From the NCBI GenBank assembly GCA_020184695.1, contig JAANOX010000201.1:13718-77717 (forward strand): a stretch of 64,000 nucleotides of DNA. The letters are read 5' to 3'. The stretch comes from Histomonas meleagridis 2922-C6/04-290x (taxonomy: Eukaryota > Protista > Parabasalia). The notes under the pieces are model-generated. The model saw only the letters and a program-made list of their open reading frames with translations. It did not search any database and was not told the origin of the DNA. Of this stretch, positions 21,728 to 32,600 are shown piece after piece (position 1 is the first letter of the stretch; each line of letters begins with the position of its first letter). The position numbers and the translations under genes were made by a program.

Positions 21728-22573
21728 AAAAAACGAAAGAAGAAACGCCGCGGTTCGAAGGAGCCCGTTTTGTATTCAAAAGTAAAATCTTTGTATTGAA
21801 ATCGTTCAACCGTCACCACTTTTTGAGGCCTCTTCCTTTTTCGATGAAGTGGTTCAACAGCCGCGCATTGTTCAATGTTGGTCAAGAAATTACGGCGCGG
21901 TGCATGACTGCACATAATATATTTAGTCAGATTGAATGTTTCAGTGTTGATATCAATGATTTTCAAAACTATTCAAACATAGGAAACATAAGTTTTCCAC
22001 CATCAGAACCGCAAGCAATAACAATGACACCATCATTACCAACAGACCCAGATGAAACAACATTTCGGATTTTACAAACAGCGATTAGTTATGCTTTTCC
22101 AGATTTTGACTTTTCATATCTTACACCGCATTGTTTTAAAGTTGCAGATTCACCAGAAAGAATTCGAAACAACATGTCTTGGAATTTTACATCATCTTTG
22201 CCTTATTCAGAGGACTTATTTCAACGTGTCTGGAATGCTATTGAATGCGAGATTCAACCTGCAACATGTGATATATATACATATGAGCCACCATGCTCAG
22301 ACGCATTTTCAGCTATGGGAGCATTATGGAATGTCAGTTATTTCTTTTTCAATGTTAAGCAAAGGAAAATTCTTCATTTCCATATGCGTGAAGGAGCATC
22401 AGACTTTGAACCTATGCTGGACGAAGAAAATGACATTTACAGTCTCGAAGAACAATATTCATTCTCTATCTTTTAAATTGTTAATTTATAAAAAATTTAT
22501 TAAAAATACTTTTTTCATGGCAAATGTAATCATGATCATTGAGATTAAAAACTTTGCTCGTGTGTAACATTGT
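21728..22573. repeat. left arm block 1 (MAF1) of the inverted duplication; partner 56170-57016
   Basis: Near-identical reverse complement; differences are mostly homopolymer indels. Confidence 0.92.
21844..22476 (+). CDS. MAF1: RNA polymerase III repressor Maf1
   Basis: FPDFDFS, W-AI--EI...CDIYTY-P..SDAF...GALWNVSYFFFNVKQRKI match the Maf1 B/C boxes; ATG at 21844 (MKWFNS) matches the MKxL start. Confidence 0.88.
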   Translation: MKWFNSRALFNVGQEITARCMTAHNIFSQIECFSVDINDFQNYSNIGNISFPPSEPQAITMTPSLPTDPDETTFRILQTAISYAFPDFDFSYLTPHCFKVADSPERIRNNMSWNFTSSLPYSEDLFQRVWNAIECEIQPATCDIYTYEPPCSDAFSAMGALWNVSYFFFNVKQRKILHFHMREGASDFEPMLDEENDIYSLEEQYSFSIF

Positions 22574-23039
22574 TCGATCAAACCTTAAAAAAATGAATTG
22601 ACCTTTTAGATGAAGCATCTTAGAACAACGTTGTTCTTTCAAAGAAATGGATTTGGGAATTTGCGCAATTTGAAAATTTTCAGGCGTTCTCATTACTAAA
22701 TCATGAATATTTTAAAAACTCAGTTTAATAGTAATTTATGATTTATCTATCGAAGGAAAGAAAATTATTATATTATAAAATCTATTTATAACAGCATAAA
22801 ACAAGTACACTTTAATCTCTTTATTTACATTATTTTACAAGTTATAAAAGTAAGCCCACAATTACTGTCGACACAAGAAAGTAATTGTTTAACTACTTTG
22901 AGAGTAGATATGAAAAAAGTTCCATTAAAGTGTTTATCAATAAAAATGATAAAAATCTTTTTTTAATTATTGTTATAATTGTGTATCTTTTAAAGGTGGA
23001 GATGCGAAATATTTAAACGAAAGGAATTTCAAAACGATT

Positions 23040-23762
23040 TATTTTGCCCATTTCACAAATCTATTTTTCATGTTTACACTGCTGGGTCTTGAGTTTCTTG
23101 GGAAGAAATTTCTTGTAGCTGCGTTTCTTCTTGTAATTGAACATGTCCTTGCGGTTGAATAAATTCTTGTGCTTGCACTTGAGATTGTATTTGGTTCATT
23201 TCTGTTATATCAACTGGAGGTGGAATCATAACTTTTACTTGTTTGCCTTGGTTCTGTTTGTTGGCTCCTTTCTTGGATCTTCCATTCAGACTAATCCACC
23301 TATTTTTGACTGTGATATCAGTTCTTTTTGGAAAGAACTTGGCAATTCGTGACCATTGAGGGCCAAGCTCTTCATGTTTTTCACGAAGCAGTTCGTCCTC
23401 TGCTTCACTCCATGGACCATTTGAAACAGACGGTGAAAGATAATGTTTCCATCTTTCACGACATTGACGTGGATTACGATTTTCCATATGAGAAGCAATG
23501 TTACGCCAATCATTTGTCCCATATGTTGAAACTAAGCTTTTTAATTTCTCATCTTCTTCGTTTGAAAACTTTCTCCGTGAAATTGGAGTTTTATGAATTG
23601 GAATATTCCCTGGATTTGCCCCTGGAAGGCTTTGCATCCAATTAATGATTTGTGGATTTATACCCGCAGGGGTGATGTTAGGATTCATTTTTTGAAAAAG
23701 CGCGCCAAATTAGCCGTGGAATTCAATTGAAACGATACCATCGTTTTGTTTGTGTAAATTTT
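23040..23762. repeat. left arm block 2 (Myb); diverged partner at about 55325-56010
   Basis: Homologous promoter and CDS; 19 amino-acid differences in the first 170 aa. Confidence 0.88.
23074..23688 (-). CDS. R2R3 Myb-like DNA-binding protein
   Basis: RRKFSNEEDEKL...W..IA..M.NRNPRQCRERWKHYL and W...EDELL......GPQWSRIAKFFPKRTDITVKNRW; Gln-rich tail. Confidence 0.95.
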   Translation of the reverse strand: MNPNITPAGINPQIINWMQSLPGANPGNIPIHKTPISRRKFSNEEDEKLKSLVSTYGTNDWRNIASHMENRNPRQCRERWKHYLSPSVSNGPWSEAEDELLREKHEELGPQWSRIAKFFPKRTDITVKNRWISLNGRSKKGANKQNQGKQVKVMIPPPVDITEMNQIQSQVQAQEFIQPQGHVQLQEETQLQEISSQETQDPAV

Positions 23763-23887
23763 GATTTTATACAACTTCAATGCTATAAATACTCCTTTTG
23801 TATTATTATCTACTTATTTCCCATTATTTTCCTCATGATGAGTATTTTGGTAATAATAAATAAAATCAAAAATAATATTAAAAAATA

Positions 23888-24409
23888 TTAATCAAAAATT
23901 ACTTGACGCGAAATTCGACCTGATAATGTAGTGAAATATTTTCTTTGTTGTGTTTCAATTTGATTTGGTATTTGAATGTTTCCTCCTTCTAATTTCTTTC
24001 TTGCACTTATTTCGGGTGAAAAAATTTCTAATCCAAGTTTTGTAAATGCATATGAATCTTTTTTAGATTTAATAATATTCTTATTTAAAAGTTTCCCTAA
24101 AAAATATTTCGTTCGTTTGGTAATAATATGTTGAGATCCTGTTTCTTTATAATCATGAAGATATTTGTTGATCTTATGATAACTAACATATTCATTTTCT
24201 TTCGTTTTTTGTGAAAAAATTGCTTCTGCTATTAATTTTTCATAATCGCCTATTTTATATGTGATTCTTTTCTTTTTTATTTCATTGTTCCTTCCTTTCT
24301 TTTTATTTAAATTTTCTTTTTCCTTTCGTTTTTGATTTTGTTTTGATTTGATTGTCGCTATTCTTGTTGATTCTCTAATTGTTTGTTGTTCTGAACCTCT
24401 TGTTTGCAT
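23888..24409 (-). CDS. basic protein with a linker-histone H1/H5-like winged-helix domain
   Basis: Lys-rich N-terminus, then YEKLIAEAI...SYHKINKYL..Y...RTKYFLGKLLNKNIIKSKKDSYAF, resembling the H15 pattern YxxMIxxAI...SxxxIxKYI...KxxLxxLVxxGxL...SFxL. Confidence 0.55.
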   Translation of the reverse strand: MQTRGSEQQTIRESTRIATIKSKQNQKRKEKENLNKKKGRNNEIKKKRITYKIGDYEKLIAEAIFSQKTKENEYVSYHKINKYLHDYKETGSQHIITKRTKYFLGKLLNKNIIKSKKDSYAFTKLGLEIFSPEISARKKLEGGNIQIPNQIETQQRKYFTTLSGRISRQVIFD

Positions 24410-24687
24410 AATAATGATTGAATTGAATAATTTTTATTGATTTAATTTTATGGAGATGAAACATTATGAAAACTCATTATTTTTATTTTATTTGAAGATG
24501 TGTATTATGAAATCATTTTAAACAAAACCTCTCTTCATCTTTTTTCTTTATTAAAAATTTATTTAAATTATGTAACATAATGTTAATCATTCATTCATCA
24601 AAACAAAAAATAATAAAAATAAAAATAAAAAAAAAATTATAACATTTTATTAATTAATAATTATTCTATTAATTAAAAAAACATAAT

Positions 24688-25368
24688 TTAATGATCATTA
24701 AAACTTTGATTCGAATATTTCGTAAATAAAAAAGGAGAAATGAAATCTGAAAGAATTGGATCTGATTTCACAGCATGTAAAACTTGTTCAACTGTAAGAA
24801 CTGTGGGCGCATCTGTCGGGTTTTCGAGAATTTTAAGTTCATATGTGCTTTTTAAGATACGTTTTAAAAACAATTTTAGTGCTGAAAGAATAATTCCAAC
24901 TGATTTGGAATCAAACGATTTAACTTTTTCATTCGTAATAATACTCATTCGTTGTGATAACTGATTAATCGATTGAATGTGATGAAAATCTGATGCAGAA
25001 AATGTATTAAACATTTTGATTTTCGTGTTTTCTGTCGAAGAATTATTAGTACTTGGTGCTTCATGTTTAATTTGATGTTTTCGTTGTTTCCGTGGAATGT
25101 TGATGCCTGGTGGTGGGATTCGTGAAAAATGGGCATTAAAAAGAATCGAACGAAGTAATTCATTATGTAAAAACTTGGCAGTATCATTATGTAATATTTC
25201 TTTGATTTCTGAATCATACGTCGATTTTGCACACATACCATGTAAAAAACGTGATAAAAGACTCCAATAACGTTCATCAACAAACTCTTCCAACTTATGA
25301 CGAATACTAATGGTATCTTTCCGATTAGAATAGATATCACCTTTTTCTCGAAATTCTTGAAGATTCAT
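24688..25368 (-). CDS. TADA1: SAGA subunit Ada1/Tad1-like protein
   Basis: YWSLLSRFLHG..AKSTYD...LHNELLRSILFNA matches the SAGA-Tad1 N-terminus; C-terminal histone-fold-like segment (ILSALKLFLKRIL...LTVEQVLHAV). Confidence 0.7.
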   Translation of the reverse strand: MNLQEFREKGDIYSNRKDTISIRHKLEEFVDERYWSLLSRFLHGMCAKSTYDSEIKEILHNDTAKFLHNELLRSILFNAHFSRIPPPGINIPRKQRKHQIKHEAPSTNNSSTENTKIKMFNTFSASDFHHIQSINQLSQRMSIITNEKVKSFDSKSVGIILSALKLFLKRILKSTYELKILENPTDAPTVLTVEQVLHAVKSDPILSDFISPFLFTKYSNQSFNDH

Positions 25369-25515
25369 TTGGTTTGCTGGATTTTTGTTGTTGGATTTCT
25401 TTCTTTATTTTGGCAACAAATTTCTGTGTTGACTTAAATTTGTATACGTGAACGTTTAAAATGAAAAACGAAGAAAAAAAAATGAAATGAATTTAATTTG
25501 AGAAATATACATTTA

Positions 25516-25963
25516 TTAAAGTCCTTCTAATGTTGAAAATACTTTAACACGTTCTTGAAATGAATGTTCTTCAAGTGTTTTGGATATATTTTGAAGTTCT
25601 TTAAAATATTCTTCACGTGAAAAATTTTCAAATGTATGAACAAGAATAGGTTGATTCCCTTCATAAAATTCATAATCAATAGTTTTAAGTGTTAATTTCA
25701 TATCATGTTTTTGAAGAAAGTCATAAACAAACTCGTAAGCTTGAAGCCATGATTCTTCTTCTGATTCTTTAGGTTTTGATTGTAATGTACAAAATTTATG
25801 TTCTTTAGAACCAATAACTTCTTTCGTCATTTTGTGATAAAGTTTTGCTTGAAAATAATTACTCGTTCCTTTTTGTTTCATTTCTTCATTAACTTTCTCT
25901 TGAATTTCTTCTTTTTGGAATTTTACGTGGAAATTTTTTACTTTTAGGAAGTTTTAATGTCAT
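25516..25963 (-). CDS. LisH/FOP-N-like small protein; +1 homopolymer frameshift near 25915
   Basis: MKQKGTSNYFQAKL...WLQAYEFVYDFLQKHDMKLTLKTIDYE (FOP dimerisation/LisH-like); the true ATG at 25963 is inferred from the second copy. Confidence 0.55.
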
Positions 25964-26103
25964 AACAAATAAAATTTAAAGAAAAAAAAAATTAAAAAAA
26001 TAAATAAAAAAGAAGAGAAATACGTTAATGAAAAATATGAGAAATAAACCTAACAAAAGTTGTCAAAAAAGGAAAGAAAAGAAAAAAGGAACAGAAGAAC
26101 TAA

Positions 26104-26820
26104 ATGGGAGCTTTTTACAACGGATTTGTTTTTACACTTGTTGCTATTCTTATCTTTATTCTCTTTATGTTATTCTATTATTTTGATAAACTTGAAAAAC
26201 AAAATCAACTACTTGTTGATCTTTCGAAAGCTAAAGTTGAAAGTACTACATGGATTAATACACTTTTGTCACGAATTCTTACACATTTCCGAACAGATTT
26301 AGCAGTTAAATATATTAATGAAGAAGTTAGCAAATCGTTAGGACCAGACTTCAACTTTTCACTTCGAACAATTGGTGAAGATGTCAAAATATCACCAGTT
26401 TCAACACTTGAAGAAGAAGGTAAACCACCAATTCTTTTTATTACAGTTAGTTGGGAAGATGGTGTTTCTTTTGATATTGAGAAACTTTCAAATCTTCAAG
26501 GCAAACCAATAGACAAGCCAGAAGAACGGATTAAAGTTGAGATTGATGTTCGTAAAGTCGAAGTTACGACTAAACTTCATTGGCGTGATGAGAACACCAT
26601 TCTTCTTAACTTCTTCTATCCAAGCAAAACAGACTTTGATGTCACCGTCAATCTTTTTGGTCTTTGGAAGATGTGTCCGACTGAAATCCCAATATTTGGC
26701 CCGTTTGTTAAGAACATGATTGCATTTGCGCTTACTACACTTGAAATTCCTATTAACATTCCGGCCATCAACAAAGGAATTCAGGAAGAAGAAAAAATCC
26801 AAATTAATAAATCAGAGTAA
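26104..26820 (+). CDS. TM-anchored SMP/TULIP lipid-binding-domain-like protein
   Basis: N-terminal TM, then ESTTWINTLLSRI (E..WLN..L start of SMP domains) and terminal IPIFGPFVKNMI helix. Confidence 0.6.
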   Translation: MGAFYNGFVFTLVAILIFILFMLFYYFDKLEKQNQLLVDLSKAKVESTTWINTLLSRILTHFRTDLAVKYINEEVSKSLGPDFNFSLRTIGEDVKISPVSTLEEEGKPPILFITVSWEDGVSFDIEKLSNLQGKPIDKPEERIKVEIDVRKVEVTTKLHWRDENTILLNFFYPSKTDFDVTVNLFGLWKMCPTEIPIFGPFVKNMIAFALTTLEIPINIPAINKGIQEEEKIQINKSE

Positions 26821-27346
26821 ATCATTCATGAATTTTCTCTTTATCATTTTTAAATTATGTTTTTATTAAATGTTATTTCGTTCCTTATGAACATATTGTT
26901 ATTTGTGTTGGAATGTTAACGATTTCTTTGTAATCTAAAGTAATTAATTTTTTGATATTTGTGGTCATTGTATTTATTCAATCGATCACATTATGTTACT
27001 CTATACGTTTTAACATAATTTATGCTGCATCCCAAAGAGATTAGATATATTATAGTTTTTTATGTAATGTTGGATGTACCAAAAAGTTGAGACATTAGGA
27101 TTTTTCATATTAGAAATATTATTATGTTTCCATTCAAATGATTGAAAATAAATCGTAAATTAGATTATTAATTAAGATTTTATCAATTTATGATGAATTT
27201 TATAAAAAAAAGTTAGTCATAAGATATGGACTCTTTATTAAAGGATTACGTCCCACTAATTAGGGATTACGTTATCTTTCATGCTAAATGAATGATGCTT
27301 GATCGTCTGGCGCGATTTTAACCCCCTCTTGTTTTGTTTAGAAAAA

Positions 27347-29098
27347 ATGGAAATTCCTGACTTTAGCGATGTTGTTCAACGTCTAGGAGCAATAGAAAAA
27401 ATTATTTTTAGTTTAACAAAAGAAAGCATTCAAGAAACAACAGAAGCAATACTAAAATTAGCCAATCCCAATTTTCTATTTTCATATGATTTTTTAGTCT
27501 CACGCATGATACTTTCGTTTTATGTATCAAATCAGTCGAGACCAACAACTCTTATATTGGAATTCCTTCAATCAATTTCCAGTCAACAAAATTCCTTAAA
27601 TATTGTAAACATATTTGCAGAATATCTCGCAGACATGGTTTATTTCGAGCCTTCCCCAAACGAAGCAAATTATCTTCTTGATAAAATGGTTGAAATGAAA
27701 ATGATTCAACCAAATATAGTTGAAAATCTTTCAATTGATCATTTATATTTTGTTCACCGCAATAGGAATTATAATCTTCTTTTTAATCCCATTAATTCTT
27801 ATTTTTACAACAAATTTGAATTTGCAACAAATTTGAATGATTTAGTAAAAAATGACTTATTCCTTCATAAGGAATACGTTAAAAACGGTGTTTATCCAAT
27901 TGAAGAAGTAAATATTATTCGAAAAGATGATGTAGAAGAACTTAAAAAACGTATAACGCAATCAAATTATAATCCTCGCCAGCTTCTTAAACTGTCACTT
28001 TATGAAAGATGTGCATTTCTTGATAAATCTACTACTACTTTAGTTGATTGTTGTGCATATTTTGGATCAATTAAATGCTATAAATATCTAATGTCAATTG
28101 GTGGAATCCTTAATCTTTATACTGGAAGTTATGCAATTGTAGGTGGAGATCAAAGGATTTATAAGCACTGCATCGAAGCTGAAAATTCTAAAAAATATTT
28201 CACTGATCCGATTCAAGTTGCAATTAAATTCCACCGATATGATATTTTTATAGATCTTTTTGAAAAAAGGAAAATTAGTATAGACTTAAGTTTAATGATT
28301 CGATTATGTATCGAACATGATAACTATGAGATTCTTTCGTATTTGTTTAATAATGGTTATATTATTAAGGATAATAAAAGTCTTATGTGTGCAGCTGCTT
28401 CTTGTGGAAATCTTGAGCTCTTTTCTTATTTTTTGGGAATTTCTAGAGAAATACCAAAGGATATTCTGTTATATGCATGTAAGTCAAGTAATACTGAACT
28501 TGTTAAATTTATTCTTGATAAAGATGAGGATTTATCAATTGATACTAATGCAAAAGATATTTTTTTGAAGTGTTTAAGGTTTATTTTTGTGATTTGGTTT
28601 CTTTATAACTTAATTGGTAAAACACCACTTGAGATTGCTGCTGGAAGAGGTTTAACAGATACAGTTAAATTACTTCTTCAAAGAAAGGATATCTCTATAA
28701 ATGGTAAACAATATATTTGTTTTTGATGTTTTCCGTTGTTTTATACCATTTCAAACACCACTTATTATTGCAGCTCTTCAACTAGAAAAGGAAATATTGA
28801 TGTCGTTAAGTACCTTATAGATATTGGAATTAATATAAATCATAAAGATGTTCTTTCGTTTTGCTTTCATTATGTTGTGATAATTTGATGTCTTAAAATA
28901 ATATTTAAAAGAACTGCACTTACACATGCTGCTTTGGAGAACAATACCGAAATAATGAAATTATTATTGAGCAAAGATGAAATCACTGTGAATCAGAAAG
29001 TAGTAGTCATTTTAAAGAAATACAGAAACGAAGAAATTCTTCAACTTATCCAAAGCAAAAAAGGGAAATTATCAACTGAAAAATGTTTCATTGCTTGA
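27347..29098 (+). CDS. trichomonad DUF3447-type ankyrin gene with three linker insertions and one extra frameshift (possibly a pseudogene)
   Basis: IIRKDDVEEL...LVDCCAYFGSIKCYKYL...YAIVGG...AIKFHRYDIF, then repeats TPLEIAAGRGLTDTVKLLL, TPLIIAA/RKGNIDVVKYLIDIGININHKD and TALTHAALENNTEIMKLLLSK; an extra 8 nt at about 28776-28783 shifts the frame. Confidence 0.8.
28559..28609 (+). other. 51-nt in-frame insertion in an ankyrin linker (AT...AC ends)
   Basis: 21 codons between D and T instead of 4; removing ATTTTT...TTTATAAC gives KD-LIGK-TPL. Confidence 0.6.
28712..28742 (+). other. about 31-nt insertion in an ankyrin linker
   Basis: 43 nt between the K-Q and T-P-L codons, containing an in-frame TGA; an alternative 34-nt AT...AC excision (28713-28746) also restores frame (KQ-SFQ-TPL). 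Confidence 0.5.
28850..28900 (+). other. 51-nt insertion in an ankyrin linker (GT...TA ends)
   Basis: 21 codons including TGA between D and T; removal gives KD-IFKR-TAL; no AG at a frame-restoring position. Confidence 0.6.
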
Positions 29099-29695
29099 AA
29101 GTGAATAAATTAAATTTTACAAAGTTTTTATATAATTATGACTTTAAATGTTCTAAATAAAGATGTCATTTTTGAAAAAATAAAATAACGAAATGATTTA
29201 TTCAGTCTTCATTTCACAAAATTTCCTATTGTTGAGAAAAAAAAATCAAGATCTAAATTATTTTTGAAAATGATATAATCCATTCGGTTGCCTCCTGACA
29301 TTTAAAAGGCAAGGCAAAGTCTTTGCTGCAAAGGATTCGATTTTTGAAGGCCTGTGAATATATTTTATTTCATTTTAAATCTTGGATTACAATTTCTTTT
29401 AATAATTTCGATATTGTTTCCACAAAATGCTTAGAAATCATTAATACACATATCTATGAAAACCTTTTAGCTTGGCAACTATATGCATGCCACTTTTCCG
29501 AATGCGTTGTGTAAATTGTTTATTTGACGGGGGTTTAAGCCAATAATTGAATGAATTTTCAGAAAAATGTTTTTTTCAATCGATTTATCGATGTTTATTC
29601 TTGCTGTCATTTGTCAGTAAATCATTGAAAACCAAAAAACATTCAATGAACTACACTTGGGTAAAGTTAACAATAAATCAAATCCAACTTCCCAA

Positions 29696-32600
29696 ATGCT
29701 TCTTGGCTTCCTTTTCGTTACATCAATATTTCCTTGTGAAATCAAGAGCGATGACACGCTTGTTATCACAGACAAATCAACCATTTCCCAAAGCGATTAT
29801 CTTACAAAAAAAGATTCAACGCAATCCCTTATTATTTCAACTGGGGTCTATACAATCGGAACAAATGCATTTTTTGGATGGCCTTCTTTAACTAGCGTCA
29901 CAATTGGTGATTCCGTTACAGAAATCAAAGATACCGCCTTTTCTTCATGTTTTTTCTTAGAAAATGTTTTATTCTCTGAAGGCAAATCTTTGAGGAATAT
30001 CGGAAATTCTGTTTTTTCTTCATGTATAAAACTCGCTAGTATTTCCTTACCTAATGCTCTTACAACACTTGGCACGGAAGTTTTCTCTGGATGCACTTCT
30101 CTGAAAACTGCAGTTTTAGGTTCAAATGTTCAAAATATTGGCGATAAACTTTTTTATCTATGCACTTCTTTAGAATCAGCGACAATTGATTGCAAAGCAG
30201 CATCAATTGGAGTTAGTGCATTTGAAAAATGTTCTTTATTAGCCAGTATTACTATTCCAAATACAGTTTCATCGTTAGGAGAATATTCATTTGCACAGTG
30301 CAAATCGTTACAAACTGTTCAAATCCCAAGTTTAGTTACATTAATTCCACCGAATGCATTTGAAGAATGTTCATTGAAGTCTGTTACACTTTTAAATGTT
30401 GAAACGATTGATTCGAATGCTTTTTCTCAATGTACTTCATTAGTAAGTATTACATTACCAGAAACACTTACAACAATTAATGAAAATGCATTTTATTCAT
30501 GTAGAAGTTTAACTGAAGTAGTTCTTCCAAGTCGACTTGCAACATTAGGACAAGAAGCATTTTATTCTTGTTCTGGATTAAAGAGTTTAACAATACAATC
30601 AAATATTAATAGTTTTGGAAATCGTGTATTTCAATATTGCCAAAGTTTGGTAACAATTAACATGACCAAATTAATATTAATTCCGAAAACAACATTTAGT
30701 TATTGTAATTCACTTATGAGTATAAGTATTCCAAGTACAGTATTAACGATTGAACAATATGCATTCGAACAATGTACCAAATTAAGTGAAATTAGTTTTG
30801 AAGAAGGAATTAGTTCAATTTCTTCATATTCATTTAGTTATTGTACAAGTCTTAAAGAAGTTATACTTCCAAATTCACTTCAATCATTAGGAATTAATGC
30901 ATTCTTTCAATGTACAAGTTTAACGAAATTTGTTTTAGGAGATAAAATAACATCATTTTCATTAAATGTAATTTCTGGTTGTAATTCAGTTAAATATATT
31001 ACATTAGGTAAAGGTATAACATCAATTGGATCAAGTGAATTCGAATCATTAAAATCTTTAGTTACAATTGAACTTTTAGGAGATGTTACAATAATTAGTT
31101 CTTCTGCATTTAAAAATTGTGAAAAATTGGAATCAATTTCAGCATTAAATTCTCTTACTACATTAGGATCAAATGCATTTGATGGATGTTCAGCATTAAA
31201 ATCAATTACAATTGGATCTACATTGAAATACATTGATCAATATACATTTAATGATTGTTCATCATTAGAAACAATTTCATTAGGATATGGTATCAATACA
31301 TTTTCTAAATATGCTTTTGCTAATTGTAGGAAATTAAATGTATTTACTTTCCCTTCACAACTTAAAACAATTGAAGAAAATGCATTTCGATATTGTGAAA
31401 GTCTTGTAGAAGTATCAATTCCTAATTCAGTAACTTATATAGGTAATAATGCTTTTTATTTATGTATTTCTTTGACTAATTTTGTTTTAGGTGATGGAAT
31501 GAAAACATTTTCTCGATTTATATTAACGGGATGTATATCATTAAAATATGTTACATTTGGTCAAGGCATTACTTCAATTGCGGATGAATTATTTTCTTCA
31601 TTTACTTCTTTAGAAACTGTTATTCTTTATGGACAAGTTACCGAAATAGGTAAATATTCTTTTGCTAATTGTACTAATTTAAAGAGTATTACATCCCAAA
31701 ACTCTATTACTTCTATTGGATCACATGCATTTATTGGATGTACTTCATTAGAATCATTTACGTCAACCTTAATAACTTCTATTGGTTCATATGCATTTTG
31801 TGATTGTGTTTCATTCAAAATAATAATGTTTCCTTATCTCGAAACTATTGAAGAAGGAGCATTTTATGGATGTAATAGAATAACTGAATTAAGTATACCT
31901 AACACTGTAACTACTCTTGGAGATAAATCATTTTATTCATGTAAAGGTTTAAATAAGTTAACTATAAGTTCAAATATATCTTCATTTGGTATTGAAGTAT
32001 TTCGTTGTTGCGAAAATTTAACATCAGTTTCAATATCTGAAATAACATCTATTCCATCATATATATTTGCTTCATGTACTTCATTACCAACAATTTCATT
32101 TAATAATAATTTAGAAACAATTTGTTCGTATGCATTTATTAATTGTACAAAATTAAATAATATTACATTTCCAACTTCACTTACTACAATTGAAGAAGAA
32201 GCATTTTCTGGTTGTAACAATATAAATGAATTAACGATAACAAATTTGAATTCTATAGGAAATAGAACATTTTATTCATGTAAAGGTTTAACGAAATTAG
32301 AAATAAATACTGAAATTACTGATTTCGGAACAGAAGTTTTTAGTAATTGTGAAAATTTAATAACAATTTCATTATCAACATTACGAAATATTCCGATGTA
32401 TACATTTTATTCATGTACTTCATTACAATCGATTAGTATTCCAAGTTCAATTACAATTATTAAAGAATATGCGTTTTCTAAATGTACGAAATTAAATAAT
32501 ATTTATTTCTCTGAAGGACTTCAAACAATTGAAGATTATGCATTTAGTTATTGTGCTATTAAAGAATTAATCTTTCCAAATTCATTACGAAATGTAAGTT

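Larger units (their letters stand above)
23763..26914. repeat. left arm block 3 (H1-like, ADA1, LisH, SMP); partner 46468-49632
   Basis: Near-identical reverse complement, including intergenic DNA. Confidence 0.95.

Noticed and set aside
27243-27272. GGATTACGT repeated twice upstream of the ankyrin gene
   Set aside because: Only two copies and not seen upstream of other genes; insufficient to call a regulatory site.
28880-28890. Stop-codon reassignment to explain in-frame stops
   Set aside because: TAA, TAG and TGA all terminate well-conserved genes in this window, and most inserts also shift the frame.
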